Shown: positions 23,491 to 34,981 of the stretch, one piece after another
Layout of the letters: each line of letters starts with the position of its first letter
How positions within the stretch are numbered: the stretch's first letter is position 1
NCBI RefSeq assembly: GCF_001194135.2
Contig: NC_068997.1
Location: 22,087,696-22,122,676 of the forward strand
From: Octopus bimaculoides
Lineage: Eukaryota
DNA: 34,981 nt
Reading direction: 5' to 3'
Translations under genes and position numbers: made by a program
Notes under the pieces: generated by a model
Database searches by the model: none
Seen by the model: the letters and a program-made list of their open reading frames with translations, nothing else
What the model was told of the DNA's origin: nothing

Positions 23491-24816
23491 AAATAATTAT
23501 GGGTTTATATTTATGTGCGTATATACATATTTATACGTACATACTTAAATACATATATACAACATACATACATACATATAAGTATATATGCACATGCACG
23601 CGCGCGTGTAAAGGGTTATCTGTAGTCGTGACCTCTGGTAAATGCGCTTGTGCATACATGTGCAAACATGCACTGCTACGCACACACACGCACGCACACG
23701 CGCGCACACATACACTCACACACACATACACCCTCCCCCTCACTGTCTCTATATTATTCATATTTAAACAACGGTATGCACTTTCATCTGTGTCTGTCTC
23801 TCGCTTCGTCCTCTTCCTCCTCTCTCTGTATTGCTTTGTTTTATCCGTCTCTCTCTCACTCCCACTCTCTCACATTTATGCTTTATTTCCTCCGTCTCTA
23901 TCTCTTGCTTATTCTTCCATGTCTCTCCTCTCCCCACTCTCTCTCTCTCTCTCTTCCACTTTCTACTCAAGTAACAGAGACACATAATGAGAAAGAAACA
24001 CATGCCCCCTCCCTGTTACCTTAAATCTCTTCCTCTCTGGGTTTATTCTTTCTTATTCACTTTAAGATTCCCTCACACGTGAACTAGCGCACATACACGT
24101 ATTCGTACCGAAATCAACATACACACACACACACAAATAAAGAGAAAGTAAAGGAAGGTGTTAATTCTTGGCCTCATATATATCCCAGCAGCCACTGTAG
24201 CAGACCAACAAACATATAGATTAACCAACCCACCTAGTGTGAATTTTACTCAACAGTCGACCACCCACTTTGAAACAAGTACCCGTATGTATGTGTATTT
24301 GTGTGTGTGTGTGTGTGTGTGTNNNNNNNNNNNNNNNNNNNNNNNNNNNNNNNNNNNNNNNNNNNNNNNNNNNNNNNNNNNNNNNNNNNNNNNNNNNNNN
24401 NNNNNNNNNNNNNNNNNNNNNNNNNNNNNNNNNNNNNNNNNNNNNNNNNNNNNNNNNNNNNNNNNNNNNNNNNNNNNNNNNNNNNNNNNNNNNNNNNNNN
24501 NNNNNNNNNNNNNNNNNNNNNNNNNNNNNNNNNNNNNNNNNNNNNNNNNNNNNNNNNNNNNNNNNNNNNNNNNNNNNNNNNNNNNNNNNNNNNNNNNNNN
24601 NNNNNNNNNNNNNNNNNNNNNNNNNNNNNNNNNNNNNNNNNNNNNNNNNNNNNNNNNNNNNNNNNNNNNNNNNNNNNNNNNNNNNNNNNNNNNNNNNNNN
24701 NNNNNNNNNNNNNNNNNNNNNNNNNNNNNNNNNNNNNNNNNNNNNNNNNNNNNNNNNNNNNNNNNNNNNNNNNNNNNNNNNNNNNNNNNNNNNNNNNNNN
24801 NNNNNNNNNNNNNNNN

Positions 24817-24870
<54 letters not shown>

Positions 24871-25413
24871 GGGGCAGAGAGAATGTGACAAAGGTAGTGC
24901 TTGTGTTTTTTGCTGTTAGAAAAAACATTCTTGACAAAGGTAAGGAGAAAAAACCTGACAGAACTAAATTGTTGGTGGGTCGAAGGTAAACGGGAAACAG
25001 AACGTCAAGCTCTTATAACACAACCCACCTAACCACCACGATTAAAAGGCGTGTTTCTATGACGTATGAGAGAGCATCTTTTGTGTCCTTTTGCTTGGCA
25101 GGTGGGCTAAGATTTCGTTCGCTGTGAGTGTTTTAGCTTTTAAATCAATCGCTACCCGAAGACGTTGTAAAACCTGGTTGAAATAATAATAGACACCACA
25201 TCGCGACACAATATTCACTGTGCTATACAGTAAAGTTATGTTTTGCGTGTGTACATATATGTGCAAGTGTGTGTGTGTTATATATGTATATATACATACG
25301 CATATAACTTTATATACATGTATATAATATATATGTATATACTCAATATTCACACATAAATGTGTATATATATATGCATGCGTTCATACAAACATACATA
25401 CATGCACACATAC

Positions 25414-25476
<63 letters not shown>

Positions 25477-25994
25477 NNNNNNNNNNNNNNNNNNNNNNNN
25501 NNNNNNNNNNNNNNNNNNNNNNNNNNNNNNNNNNNNNNNNNNNNNNNNNNNNNNNNNNNNNNNNNNNNNNNNNNNNNNNNNNNNNNNNNNNNNNNNNNNN
25601 NNNNNNNNNNNNNNNNNNNNNNNNNNNNNNNNNNNNNNNNNNNNNNNNNNNNNNNNNNNNNNNNNNNNNNNNNNNNNNNNNNNNNNNNNNNNNNNNNNNN
25701 NNNNNNNNNNNNNNNNNNNNNNNNNNNNNNNNNNNNNNNNNNNNNNNNNNNNNNNNNNNNNNNNNNNNNNNNNNNNNNNNNNNNNNNNNNNNNNNNNNNN
25801 NNNNNNNNNNNNNNNNNNNNNNNNNNNNNNNNNNNNNNNNNNNNNNNNNNNNNNNNNNNNNNNNNNNNNNNNNNNNNNNNNNNNNNNNNNNNNNNNNNNN
25901 NNNNNNNNNNNNNNNNNNNNNNNNNNNNNNNNNNNNNNNNNNNNGCTCAGGTCATATAAATAAACCTTCTGTTTCAGGTAGGCCCACAAGAAAA

Positions 25995-26059
25995 ATTCCG
26001 GTGCTCTAGCATGGACGCAGTCAAATGACTGCAGCAAATAAAAGAATGAAAGAATAAAA

Positions 26060-26062
<3 letters not shown>
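25995..26062 (+). mobile_element. SINE family A, terminal fragment
   Basis: CGGTGCTCTAGCATGGACGCAGTCAAATGACTG followed by an AAAGAAT-type tail. Confidence 0.75.
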
Positions 26063-26104
<42 letters not shown>

Positions 26105-27089
26105 TATACATATACGTGTGTTTGTGTGTATGTGTTTATATAGACTTATGTATAATATATACGTGCCTGTGTTTGCGGACATAGTGTGTGCTCGCACGTG
26201 CATACACAGAGATGACTAGGCAAGTGTTCGTGCTGCTATTCCTGTGTACGACGTACATAGCAAACAAAATGGTAGTTACATGTTAACATGCTAATTGAGA
26301 TTTTATGATCATCTTTGACACTTTGAATGTTAAACAGTGTCTCTTTGTGGATCGACAGTTTCTGAAACATAAGAAACATAACCTCTCTTATCACATGTTT
26401 TGGGCTGTTAACTCTAATCTCTTTTTCTTTTATCTTTTTCTGTTTTTACTGTCTTATTAAGTTTGTATACAAACGAAGACTCACCATCAAGTATATTCTC
26501 ATAAATTACGCTCAAGTACAGCAAAAATTGTTTGCTATCTTTAATATCCTTCTTGAACAAATATACATCTATATTACTAATGAAATCTATATATGAATGA
26601 ATCTCATAGTTTCTCTATGTTTGACTGTCTGTCTATTTTAATTTTCACTGTGTGCGTGTACATGTAAATGTATGTGTATCTCGTGAACTGTTTCAAGTAT
26701 ACACACGCGTGTTTCAAGTACACACACACACACACACGAATACACACACACGAATACACACACACACATACACACACACTTACACATGTATTATTTAATA
26801 ACAATTTAACTCAGCTGCATGCAGTTTGAAATTTCGTAGGCTTTTAGAATGAATCTAATTCACAAGGAATTTGGAGATGGCTATAAAATGTTAAACCTCT
26901 ATTGGTAAACACCAGTCATGTGGTGCTATTTGTCTAGGGGGAACCTTGATTAATTTTTTTCTTCTAATTCGAATCCTTGGAAAGGCATAAGTAGAAACTA
27001 AACTATCGGCGGGTAGATAAGCCTTTAACAGGGCCGCCTCGTCATAACCAGGCACACAACAGATGCAACACACGCCTGCAAAACTTTCA

Positions 27090-27520
27090 ATATATACCCA
27101 CGTCTTCAACAGCCAAAATCCTACCAACTACCCACAGTGAGGATCTGGCTTCTCAAGGGCTGTAGTCTATAGAGCTATCCACACAGCATTCGATGGTAGA
27201 AAAATAGCACAACACGGGCATGACAGCCAATATTTTTAAGGGAAGTTATACAAAAAATATTCACTCCTTCAGGTACAAGTATAAGGAAAACTCCTCCATT
27301 ATTTCCTGTTTCATGTGGAAACTCCGTCGCCATCAGCACTTCTCAACATAGAGTGGAATGTCATTGGTAGGCGCTCTCCGCATCCACCTGGTATTCTTAA
27401 TTGCCAGTTTTGCCCCCACAAGAGACAACATATTTTCCACAAACCTGGGGTATTCATAAGAAGGAAGAATGAACAATCTTATTGATGCCATCACAGATAC
27501 GACCTGTTAGTAAACTTTAA
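27090..27520 (+). mobile_element. Penelope-like element GIY-YIG endonuclease relic
   Basis: Frame-broken NSQNPTNYPQ*GSGFSRAVVYRA...GMTANIFKGSYTKNIHSFRYKYKENSSIISCFMWKLR...IEWNVIGRR...NCQFCPHK...CHHRYDLLVNFK follows the Penelope-like C-terminal pattern (CP-G-C---VVY-A, YIG-T--FK-R--H--SF, W-LK, I-W-II, C-LC, C-H). Confidence 0.75.
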
Positions 27521-27874
27521 GACTCAGCCAGTTGTCAGTTCATTTATTTCAACTTAGGCCTAGCTACTTCATTCTTATGGCCAGGGTGCCTAACCCTTGT
27601 CTCCTGTAAAGATAAAATCACTAACCATGATGGCAATCTATCCTAGCCTCATCAAACTTTAATCCAGTACCACCACATCTGCTTACTTTTACGCAAATTC
27701 TATCGGGCTATAGTGTTAGTTCTACACTAACCCGTAACTACACTCCCCTCTGCCATGAGTAGTAACAAGTACAATGGGTTGTCCTATTCTCTTTCACTAC
27801 CACATTTCTGTCGTTAGACTGTGACCATGATGGGACAACACCTTCAAAAATGTTTGTCATTATTTTAACTTCAA

Positions 27875-27984
27875 ACCTCGTACTTATTTTAGCGGTCTCT
27901 TTTGCAGAACCGTTAGATTACGGGTGACGTGATAACTCAAATGGTGCTTATCAAGCGGTTTGGGGCACAATCAAAGACACAAGG

Positions 27985-27985
<1 letters not shown>
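27875..27985 (-). mobile_element. SINE family A, 3' fragment
   Basis: CTCGTACTTATTTTAGCGGTCTCTTTTGCAGAACCGTTAGATTACGGG...TTATCAAGCG; homologous to 4450-4530; adjoins (CT)n(CA)n. Confidence 0.75.
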
Positions 27986-28029
<44 letters not shown>

Positions 28030-28050
28030 NNNNNNNNNNCTCTCTCTCTT

Positions 28051-28099
<49 letters not shown>

Positions 28100-28511
28100 G
28101 CTGCCACTAATCACATGGTCACGCAGATTGATTGCTACATTCACGGTGCAATGTCTTTCGTGTAGTGGGCCGTGGAAGATTTGGATGCTTCAGTCGGTGA
28201 GATGTCATCTGTAGTCAAGGGAAAGAAACATTCTCACTAGACTTCGTCAGCGGTTTTGGTTTCGAATTGCAGTTCCAGGACATCATCAAGGAGTAAGTCT
28301 CGTAATTTGATAAGAAACTCTCCCTCGAAAGTCAGTTCTGTAGAGTCGGTAGAATTCTGGTGCATAAGCATACCTAATACAGTATACATCTGTTGTAGGG
28401 AATCCATGTCATGACTATAAATACGCCGGATAATCTTGCGATAACTATAGGCGCATGGACATTTTCAACTTGGATTGGTTCTGTCACAACGGGTCACGAC
28501 GGGTACATCAA

Positions 28512-28560
<49 letters not shown>

Positions 28561-29868
28561 CATCAGATCGCTGCGATACAGTGGTACCACCTTGTATTTT
28601 GTCTTTTACACACACACACATACTTCACACACACACGCACAGACACTCACATACACGCTCACACGTGCAAAAAGATGATAATGAGATGTGTAACAGAAAT
28701 TATAATGTTCTATAACTAAGTTTGATATTTTCAAACGAAATGAAGGAGGAACAACATATATAAAGTTTCTCTGTTCTTCTGCATTGCTTTATAGCGTAGA
28801 CAAGAAATCAACTGTGCGTGTGTTAGCTAACGTGTGTAACCATCTCTGCATGTGTGTGTTTTTGTGTATTTGTGTGTTTGTTTTGTGTTTGTGTGTAAGC
28901 GTGTATTATTTGTAACGTTCAGTTTTTCAAACTATGTTTACCCTTCTTTCTATAACTCTTTCAGTAATCTTTATATGCCTTTACATAACAAATGTCATCG
29001 CTTTCTTTGAGTTACTCACAGAAGATGCGTCTAAATTTGAAGTAAAGCGATACGCCAGTAGATAAATTGCCTCAATGGTAGACAGTGTTAGTTAGAATTA
29101 CCATTTAACACCAGAAAAATAGAGAAGAGCAATAAACGTTAAATTTTGAAAATCGACTGTGAGTATTAACAAACGATCAGTGTGCGGCGTTTGTGCGTGT
29201 GTGCGTGAGAGAGGCAATGAAAGAAAAACCATTTCCAAAAAGAGCCCATAATAGCCTGTTTATGGACGACATAATACTCTTTTCACTAATTAACAGCTCG
29301 TTCGATGATCGTGACATTTAGCAATTTGATGGTTCATTAAAAACTTGCTATAAGATAAGGGGAATAACTCACCTATAAGACTTCCCCAGTATATAAAGTA
29401 TATAAAGCTATACACGGAGAGAGAGAGAGGGGGAGAGAGGAGGAGTGAGAGAGATGGAGACAGAGAAAGATGGAAAGAGGAGGGCGAGAGTAAGAGCAAA
29501 TCGTTTATTGTTTGCAGAGAAGAAGCGTGTCTCACAACCATTCAAGAAGTTCTGTCTGCAAGCAATTTCTATTTATGATAACAACTCTTATACACATAAA
29601 AGAAGAAATTTATTAAGCGAAAACATTGTACAAATTTGCAAGTCATGCTAGACGAAGTCTTATACACTTTCTTTCCTCTCGTGCAGCATATGGGAAAATT
29701 TGCTGACCAAACCAGACCAGACCAGTCTAGACCGAATGCATAGTTTTTCTGTTGCCCTTCTATCTTACCCCTTTCTCTTCCACGCTTTCTCGCTCTCTGT
29801 TGCTGTCTTTCATATATATATATGGATATGTGCCTGTATGTCTAGATAGATAGACAAAGAAGTATATT

Positions 29869-29902
<34 letters not shown>

Positions 29903-29912
29903 GATATGTATA

Positions 29913-29972
<60 letters not shown>

Positions 29973-30070
29973 GTGATGCTATTAAGTTAGACATGGCCTT
30001 GGCCAATCTTTGGTCGAAGCATATCTTCATTTTTTATAAGTTTGTATAGCAATATACACACGCGCGCGCG

Positions 30071-30112
<42 letters not shown>

Positions 30113-30148
30113 GAGAGAGAGAATATTGGGTGTGATGCACAGAATTGA

Positions 30149-30325
30149 ATATTGAGAAAAAAAGTCAGAATTTTTGGAAAAAAAACTTTTATTTCTTCAT
30201 TATTATTATCGCGTTCGTTGCTCTCTAGAACTTGTCAAATACAATTTTTCTGTATTTGAAAAGTTCTAGAGAGGAACGAAAGCGTTAATAATAATGAAGA
30301 AATAACGACTTTTTTTTCACAATAT
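30149..30325. repeat. Long inverted repeat / hairpin, MITE-like
   Basis: 54-bp arms 30190-30243 and 30251-30304 with 4 mismatches and a 7-nt loop; outer arms 30149-30166 and 30307-30325. Confidence 0.9.
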
Positions 30326-30405
30326 ATATATATATATACATATATTCACGTATATATACGTATATGCGTGTGCATATATATGCCTGTGTATGTATAAATA
30401 CATAC

Positions 30406-30454
<49 letters not shown>

Positions 30455-31746
30455 CATACATATATATATATGCATATATATACATATATATTAATGTTAC
30501 GTATAATGTAGATATAAAAACAGTCCACATTTGCTACATTTGCTACAGTGCATATGGATTAGTAAATGCGTGTGCGCGTATTCTATAAGTATATATATAT
30601 ATATATAATGGAACAAAAACGCAATATAAGACAATAAAACATCCAGACAGATAGACGATACAAGGCGGACAGGAAAAAAAGGAAGGGTCATTCGTCGCCT
30701 TCTTTCGTCAGTCAACTTACCAGATTTCCCTACAGTTTCGGACAACTACACTTGAGAGTGTTCGATTTGGTTGCGCACAAAAACGTCCAAGCTAAGAGCA
30801 TCAGATTTTTTGTAAGAAAGAAAGCGTGAACGACACCAATGACAAAAAACGGAGAACATATTACACAATTACAAATACAAATAACAAGAATATAACTAAA
30901 GGTGTCCTTGGACTGAGGACGAATCAGACTGAGTTGGCGTGTATGAAGTGAGAGGCTTAAGGCAGAAACATAGGAGATGGACATAAGTGGTGATGACAGT
31001 CGGCAGTCAGGCCCAAAAAGAAAGATCATGGCTGGCCGAACACCGGTTAGGTGGAAGGAGGAGAGAGTGGTAGGGGACAGCGAAATTGAAGGGAAAGAAA
31101 TCAGAGACAAAAGAAAAAGTACAGGGGAGATATACGAAGAGGCAAAGTATGAGTTAGAGAAAGAGATGGCCAAGAAATATGAGAGAGGGGCAACGATGAA
31201 AAAAAAGGGGAAGAAAGTATGAGGGGTACTAAAAGACATATATATATATACATATATANNNNNNNNNNNNNNNNNNNNNNNNNNNNNNNNNNNNNNNNNN
31301 NNNNNNNNNNNNNNNNNNNNNNNNNNNNNNNNNNNNNNNNNNNNNNNNNNNNNNNNNNNNNNNNNNNNNNNNNNNNNNNNNNNNNNNNNNNNNNNNNNNN
31401 NNNNNNNNNNNNNNNNNNNNTATATATATATATATATATATATATCTTCGTACGTAAACGAAATCATCAATTTGTCAGTGAGTGGACAAAGACGTTGCGT
31501 TGTTGGTTTAATTCGGTCTGTTTATTACTGCTCAAAGTGTGACTTATTCATAGAATATTGTCACTATGTCAGACTTTCATGATATCATAAACTGTACTAA
31601 AACTGCCATAAACTAATTCATTATATGCCTCTACGTTCTTAGCTGGGATACACTAAACGACAAAGCACGAAGAGACACAGTGCTACATACATAGTCCTTC
31701 CACTGGGCTGGATGTCTACTACATGCAAATGTGTATACATATATAC

Positions 31747-31809
<63 letters not shown>

Positions 31810-32003
31810 CACACAGAGAGACATGCAAACACACACATATATATATATACATTATACATGTCTAAAAGATTATACGGTCATACATGTATATATATATAGA
31901 CGCGTACATGTATGCATTTATGCATGTATATTAAAATTACGTGTATGTCCATGTATATATATGAGTCTACTATTTTAAATATACATACGTACATAGATAC
32001 ATA

Positions 32004-32170
32004 TAGGCGCAGGAGTGACTGTGTCGTAAGTAGCTTGCATACCAACCCCATAGTTCTGGGTTCAGTTCCACTGCGTGGCACCTTGGGCAAGTGTCTTCTA
32101 CTATAGCCTCGAGCCGGCCAAAGACTTGTGAGTTGATTTGGTAGATGGAAACTGAAAGAAGCCCGTCGTA
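32004..32170 (+). mobile_element. SINE family A, tRNA-like head with CORE-like segment
   Basis: TAGGCGCAGGAGTGACTGTGTCGTAAG (A-box-like), GGGTTCAGTTCC (B-box-like), CACCTTGGGCAAGTGTCTT (CORE-like), ending GAAAGAAGCCCGTCG then microsatellite. Confidence 0.85.
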
Positions 32171-32208
32171 TATATATGTACATATATATATGCGCGCGCG
32201 CGCGTGTA

Positions 32209-32242
<34 letters not shown>

Positions 32243-32563
32243 TGTGTGCGTGCGTGCGTGTTTGCGCACGTGCATTTTTCTGTGGAGTGGTGTATGTAGT
32301 CTTATACATATATTTATGTTTATTTGCATGTNNNNNNNNNNTATATATATATATATTAATAAAAAGTGTAGGTGGCATACGAGTGAGTATATATTTATAA
32401 AAAAGAAGTTTGAAAACGCCACTACATAAAATAAATATTAATTCTTAATTTTCTCAGAGATTTTTTACATGTTTCGGTTTTTGAAAAAACGAACCTTATC
32501 AAAAATACATTTTTTTTTAATGTAATTAAAAGAAAAGTTCATAATTGTTTCTTACTGGTGTCA

Positions 32564-32623
32564 ACCGCTGTCCGTGGAAGCAGCAGTAGTTAATTAACTA
32601 CTGCTGCTTCCACGGACAGCGGT
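32564..32623. repeat. Perfect 60-bp palindrome, no spacer
   Basis: ACCGCTGTCCGTGGAAGCAGCAGTAGTTAA immediately followed by its exact reverse complement; centre TTAA|TTAA. Confidence 0.97.
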
Positions 32624-32894
32624 CACTCCCGTTTACCACTACCAACGGTGGTAGTTGTTTTGGTACTGGTGGTGGTGGTGGTGGTGTTGCTGCTGCTGCT
32701 GCTGGATATTGCTAACGACGTTACTGACGATGTTAAATAACTGCCGATGAAGAGGAGATGCAAGTTTGGACGATTAAGACGTTGATGAAATAAACGATGT
32801 TAATTAATTTAAAAGGATGCTGTTTATGATTGAGATGTGGGTGTGGTGCCATTTATATTGGCAGTGTGGTGTAGGTTATGACGTCAGTAGGATT

Positions 32895-33125
32895 AATTAA
32901 CGTGTAAGCTGCTGAGCACTCCACAGACATGTGTTCCCTTATTTTTGTTCCTAGGAAGATTCAGCGTGACACAGAATTTAACAAAGCTGATCCATTGAAT
33001 TACAGGTACAACTTAATTTTGGGAACTGAGAAAGTTGGAGCAACGTGACATAAAGTATCAGGCTCAAGGATACAACGCGCCGCCGGTTTTCGATTTACGC
33101 ATCACGGAAACTGGGCAACTGTCCC
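32895..33125 (-). mobile_element. SINE family C (V/CORE-like central motif)
   Basis: Reverse complement has a decayed B box (ATCGAAAACCGG), GTATCCTTGAGCCTGATACTTTATGTCACGTTGCTCCA (cf. GTGTCCTTGAGCAAGACACTT) and tail GTCTGTGGAGTGCTCAGC. Confidence 0.65.
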
Positions 33126-34034
33126 TGTAAGTTCAAGGATTCGAAGACGCTAATGAGCAGAATATTTTACTGAAGCTTGTTGGAATGATTCTCTGTCTCA
33201 CTACCTCTGTTTGCCAATCTCTCTGTCTCTCCGTCTCTCAGTCTCTCACCCCGTTCTTACTTTCACTTCATTGCCGAAAATTAATTGTTATTAATAATTA
33301 TTAATAGTTATATATATATTTCATGCACACATGCAAACATCCATAGGCATACACGCACACTCACATACTCATACACTGAACTCTGTAACTAATCTTTTCG
33401 GGACCAAATGCGATACACCGTAAAATTCGCCCAATTACAAACCCAATGATATATCACCGTGACCCGTGTAACTGATATAATACAAGAAAGACATTTACAG
33501 GTTATTATAAACGAAGTGTTACAATCTATTCTGAGTTTATGGTGACATGAATGCTTACTTAAAAGTTATTAACATGATACAAATGTATACTGATATTTGA
33601 ATTTCCTTTTATACAGCTTGCAGTATACAGTTAGTATATTTGTAAATGGAAATAGAACCAAATCAACAAAACCAACAACGAAAAGCAGTAAACGAATTAA
33701 TCATCTGTATGATAAGAGAAACATCAGCTACTTCACATTGGTGTATGATAGACTATAAGACTACATTAATCATATTGTGTTTGTAAAGAATAGCGTATAC
33801 ATAATATACCTGGCAACGTTTCACATACAATCCTTAATTTTTGATTAATGAATGGACAAGAGAAGTTAGACGCATTCAGAAACGAAATGTGATATTCTCA
33901 TATTTAACTTTGCACCTTCGTACTAGCAGGGAATTCCTATCAGATAACGAAACATTTTGATCACTCTATAAATATAGATGGTATCTAAATATAATAATAA
34001 TTGTTTCTAGTATAGGCGCAACGCCAGATATTAC

Positions 34035-34555
34035 GTGAAGTCAATTACACAAAACTCACTCCAGTATTTGACTTACAATTTATTTTATCGTCTACGGAAA
34101 GATAAAAGACATAGCTGACCTCGTCTGGATTTGAACTCAGAATTTAAAGAATTCTGTATATCCGAGGCACTTTGTCCTTCCCTCCAATGATTAGGCCCAA
34201 AATTCTTTTCAGATATAGGAACAAGGTCAGCAAAATTGAAAAGCGAGGTTAGTCAACTATATTGGTTCCAGAAGGTTTGCAAAGCAAGATTGAACACGGT
34301 GAGATTTGGGCTCAGTGTAAAAAGAGTCGGGACAATAACTGCCTTGTATTAAACTGAAATCGCTTTCAAAATTCGACACCAAACTAGTCAGAAGATTCGA
34401 AGAGCGGGGTTTCAATGATTATCCCGACACCAGTATTTTCCCAGCTACTGCAAATTATAAATGCAAGAGGATGAAAGGCAAAGTTGAATAAGGTGGGATC
34501 TGAACTTGGAACGTAACGAGCCGTAGCAAATTTCACAAGGTATTTCAACGACCAA
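34035..34555 (-). mobile_element. Three co-oriented degenerate SINE family B fragments
   Basis: GATTTGAACTCAGAA at ~34129, GAGATTTGGGCTCAG at ~34300, and GGATGAAAGGCAAAGTTGAA...GATCTGAACTTGGAACGTAA at ~34470-34518. Confidence 0.65.
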
Positions 34556-34869
34556 CACAGAATCGAATCGCCCTTACGTATATGTGTGTGTACGTACACA
34601 CAGGCACACACATATACATATGTTAAAAGGTAAAGACAGACATATAGAGAGAAAGAGATAGAGAGAGAGAGAGAGAGAGTGTGTGAGAGAGAGACTTGTA
34701 TGCGTGTATGTATATACATATATACATATTCACCACGTTCTTAACTATAGAACGGGCTGACAGCCATTATTGCTAATATCACCTCCCAAAACTGATACCG
34801 CCACTAATGACACTGAAATGAAACGAAACAATAACAAGTGGCGGCGCGGGGAGGAGGAGTAGCAGAATA

Positions 34870-34981
34870 ACGAGGAGGAGGAGGAGGAGGAGGGAATGTG
34901 TTATTGTTGTTTTTTGGAGTTCCCAGTTGAGGTGTCGGTTGTGATGGCGGCGGCGGTAGTGGTGGTGGTGGTAGTGGTGGT
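34870..34981. repeat. (GAG)n and (GGT/GGC)n triplet repeats
   Basis: Directly visible. Confidence 0.85.

Noticed and set aside
27745-27775. Possible decayed hammerhead core (CTGCCATGAGT...) downstream of the GIY-YIG relic
   Set aside because: No GAAA half-core and no helices can be drawn.
30977-31222. 81-aa K/E/R-rich ORF
   Set aside because: Explained by purine-rich strand bias.
32640-32720. Poly-Q/poly-H peptide on the minus strand (NIQQQQQQHHHHHHQY)
   Set aside because: Short frame bounded by stops without splice signals; simple (CAG)/(CAC) repeats are common throughout the window.

Overview
Eukaryotic, repeat-dense non-coding DNA (intronic or intergenic) from a fragmented short-read-type assembly: 15 N-gaps totalling about 5.1 kb, most abutting microsatellites. 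The SINE sequences and extreme microsatellite load point to a cephalopod, probably Octopus (inference from recalled repeat sequences, not a search). No intact protein-coding gene is recognisable; almost all listed ORFs are artefacts of dinucleotide repeats or N-runs. Supported content: three tRNA-derived SINE families (A, CORE-like; B, Meta-like, including a dimeric form; C, V/CORE-like), two decayed maT/DD37D-type Tc1/mariner transposases, a mariner relic, the 3' end of an RLE-type LINE with an (ATG)n tail, and Penelope-like remnants (a GIY-YIG fragment and two terminal-repeat segments with hammerhead-ribozyme-like cores). The most unusual structures are a perfect spacerless 60-bp palindrome (32564-32623), a ~115-nt near-perfect hairpin (30190-30304), back-to-back dimeric SINEs around a gap (22183-23490), the hammerhead-like motifs (9912-9951, 20778-20815) and a few candidate orphan exons. 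I found no convincing new multi-gene system.
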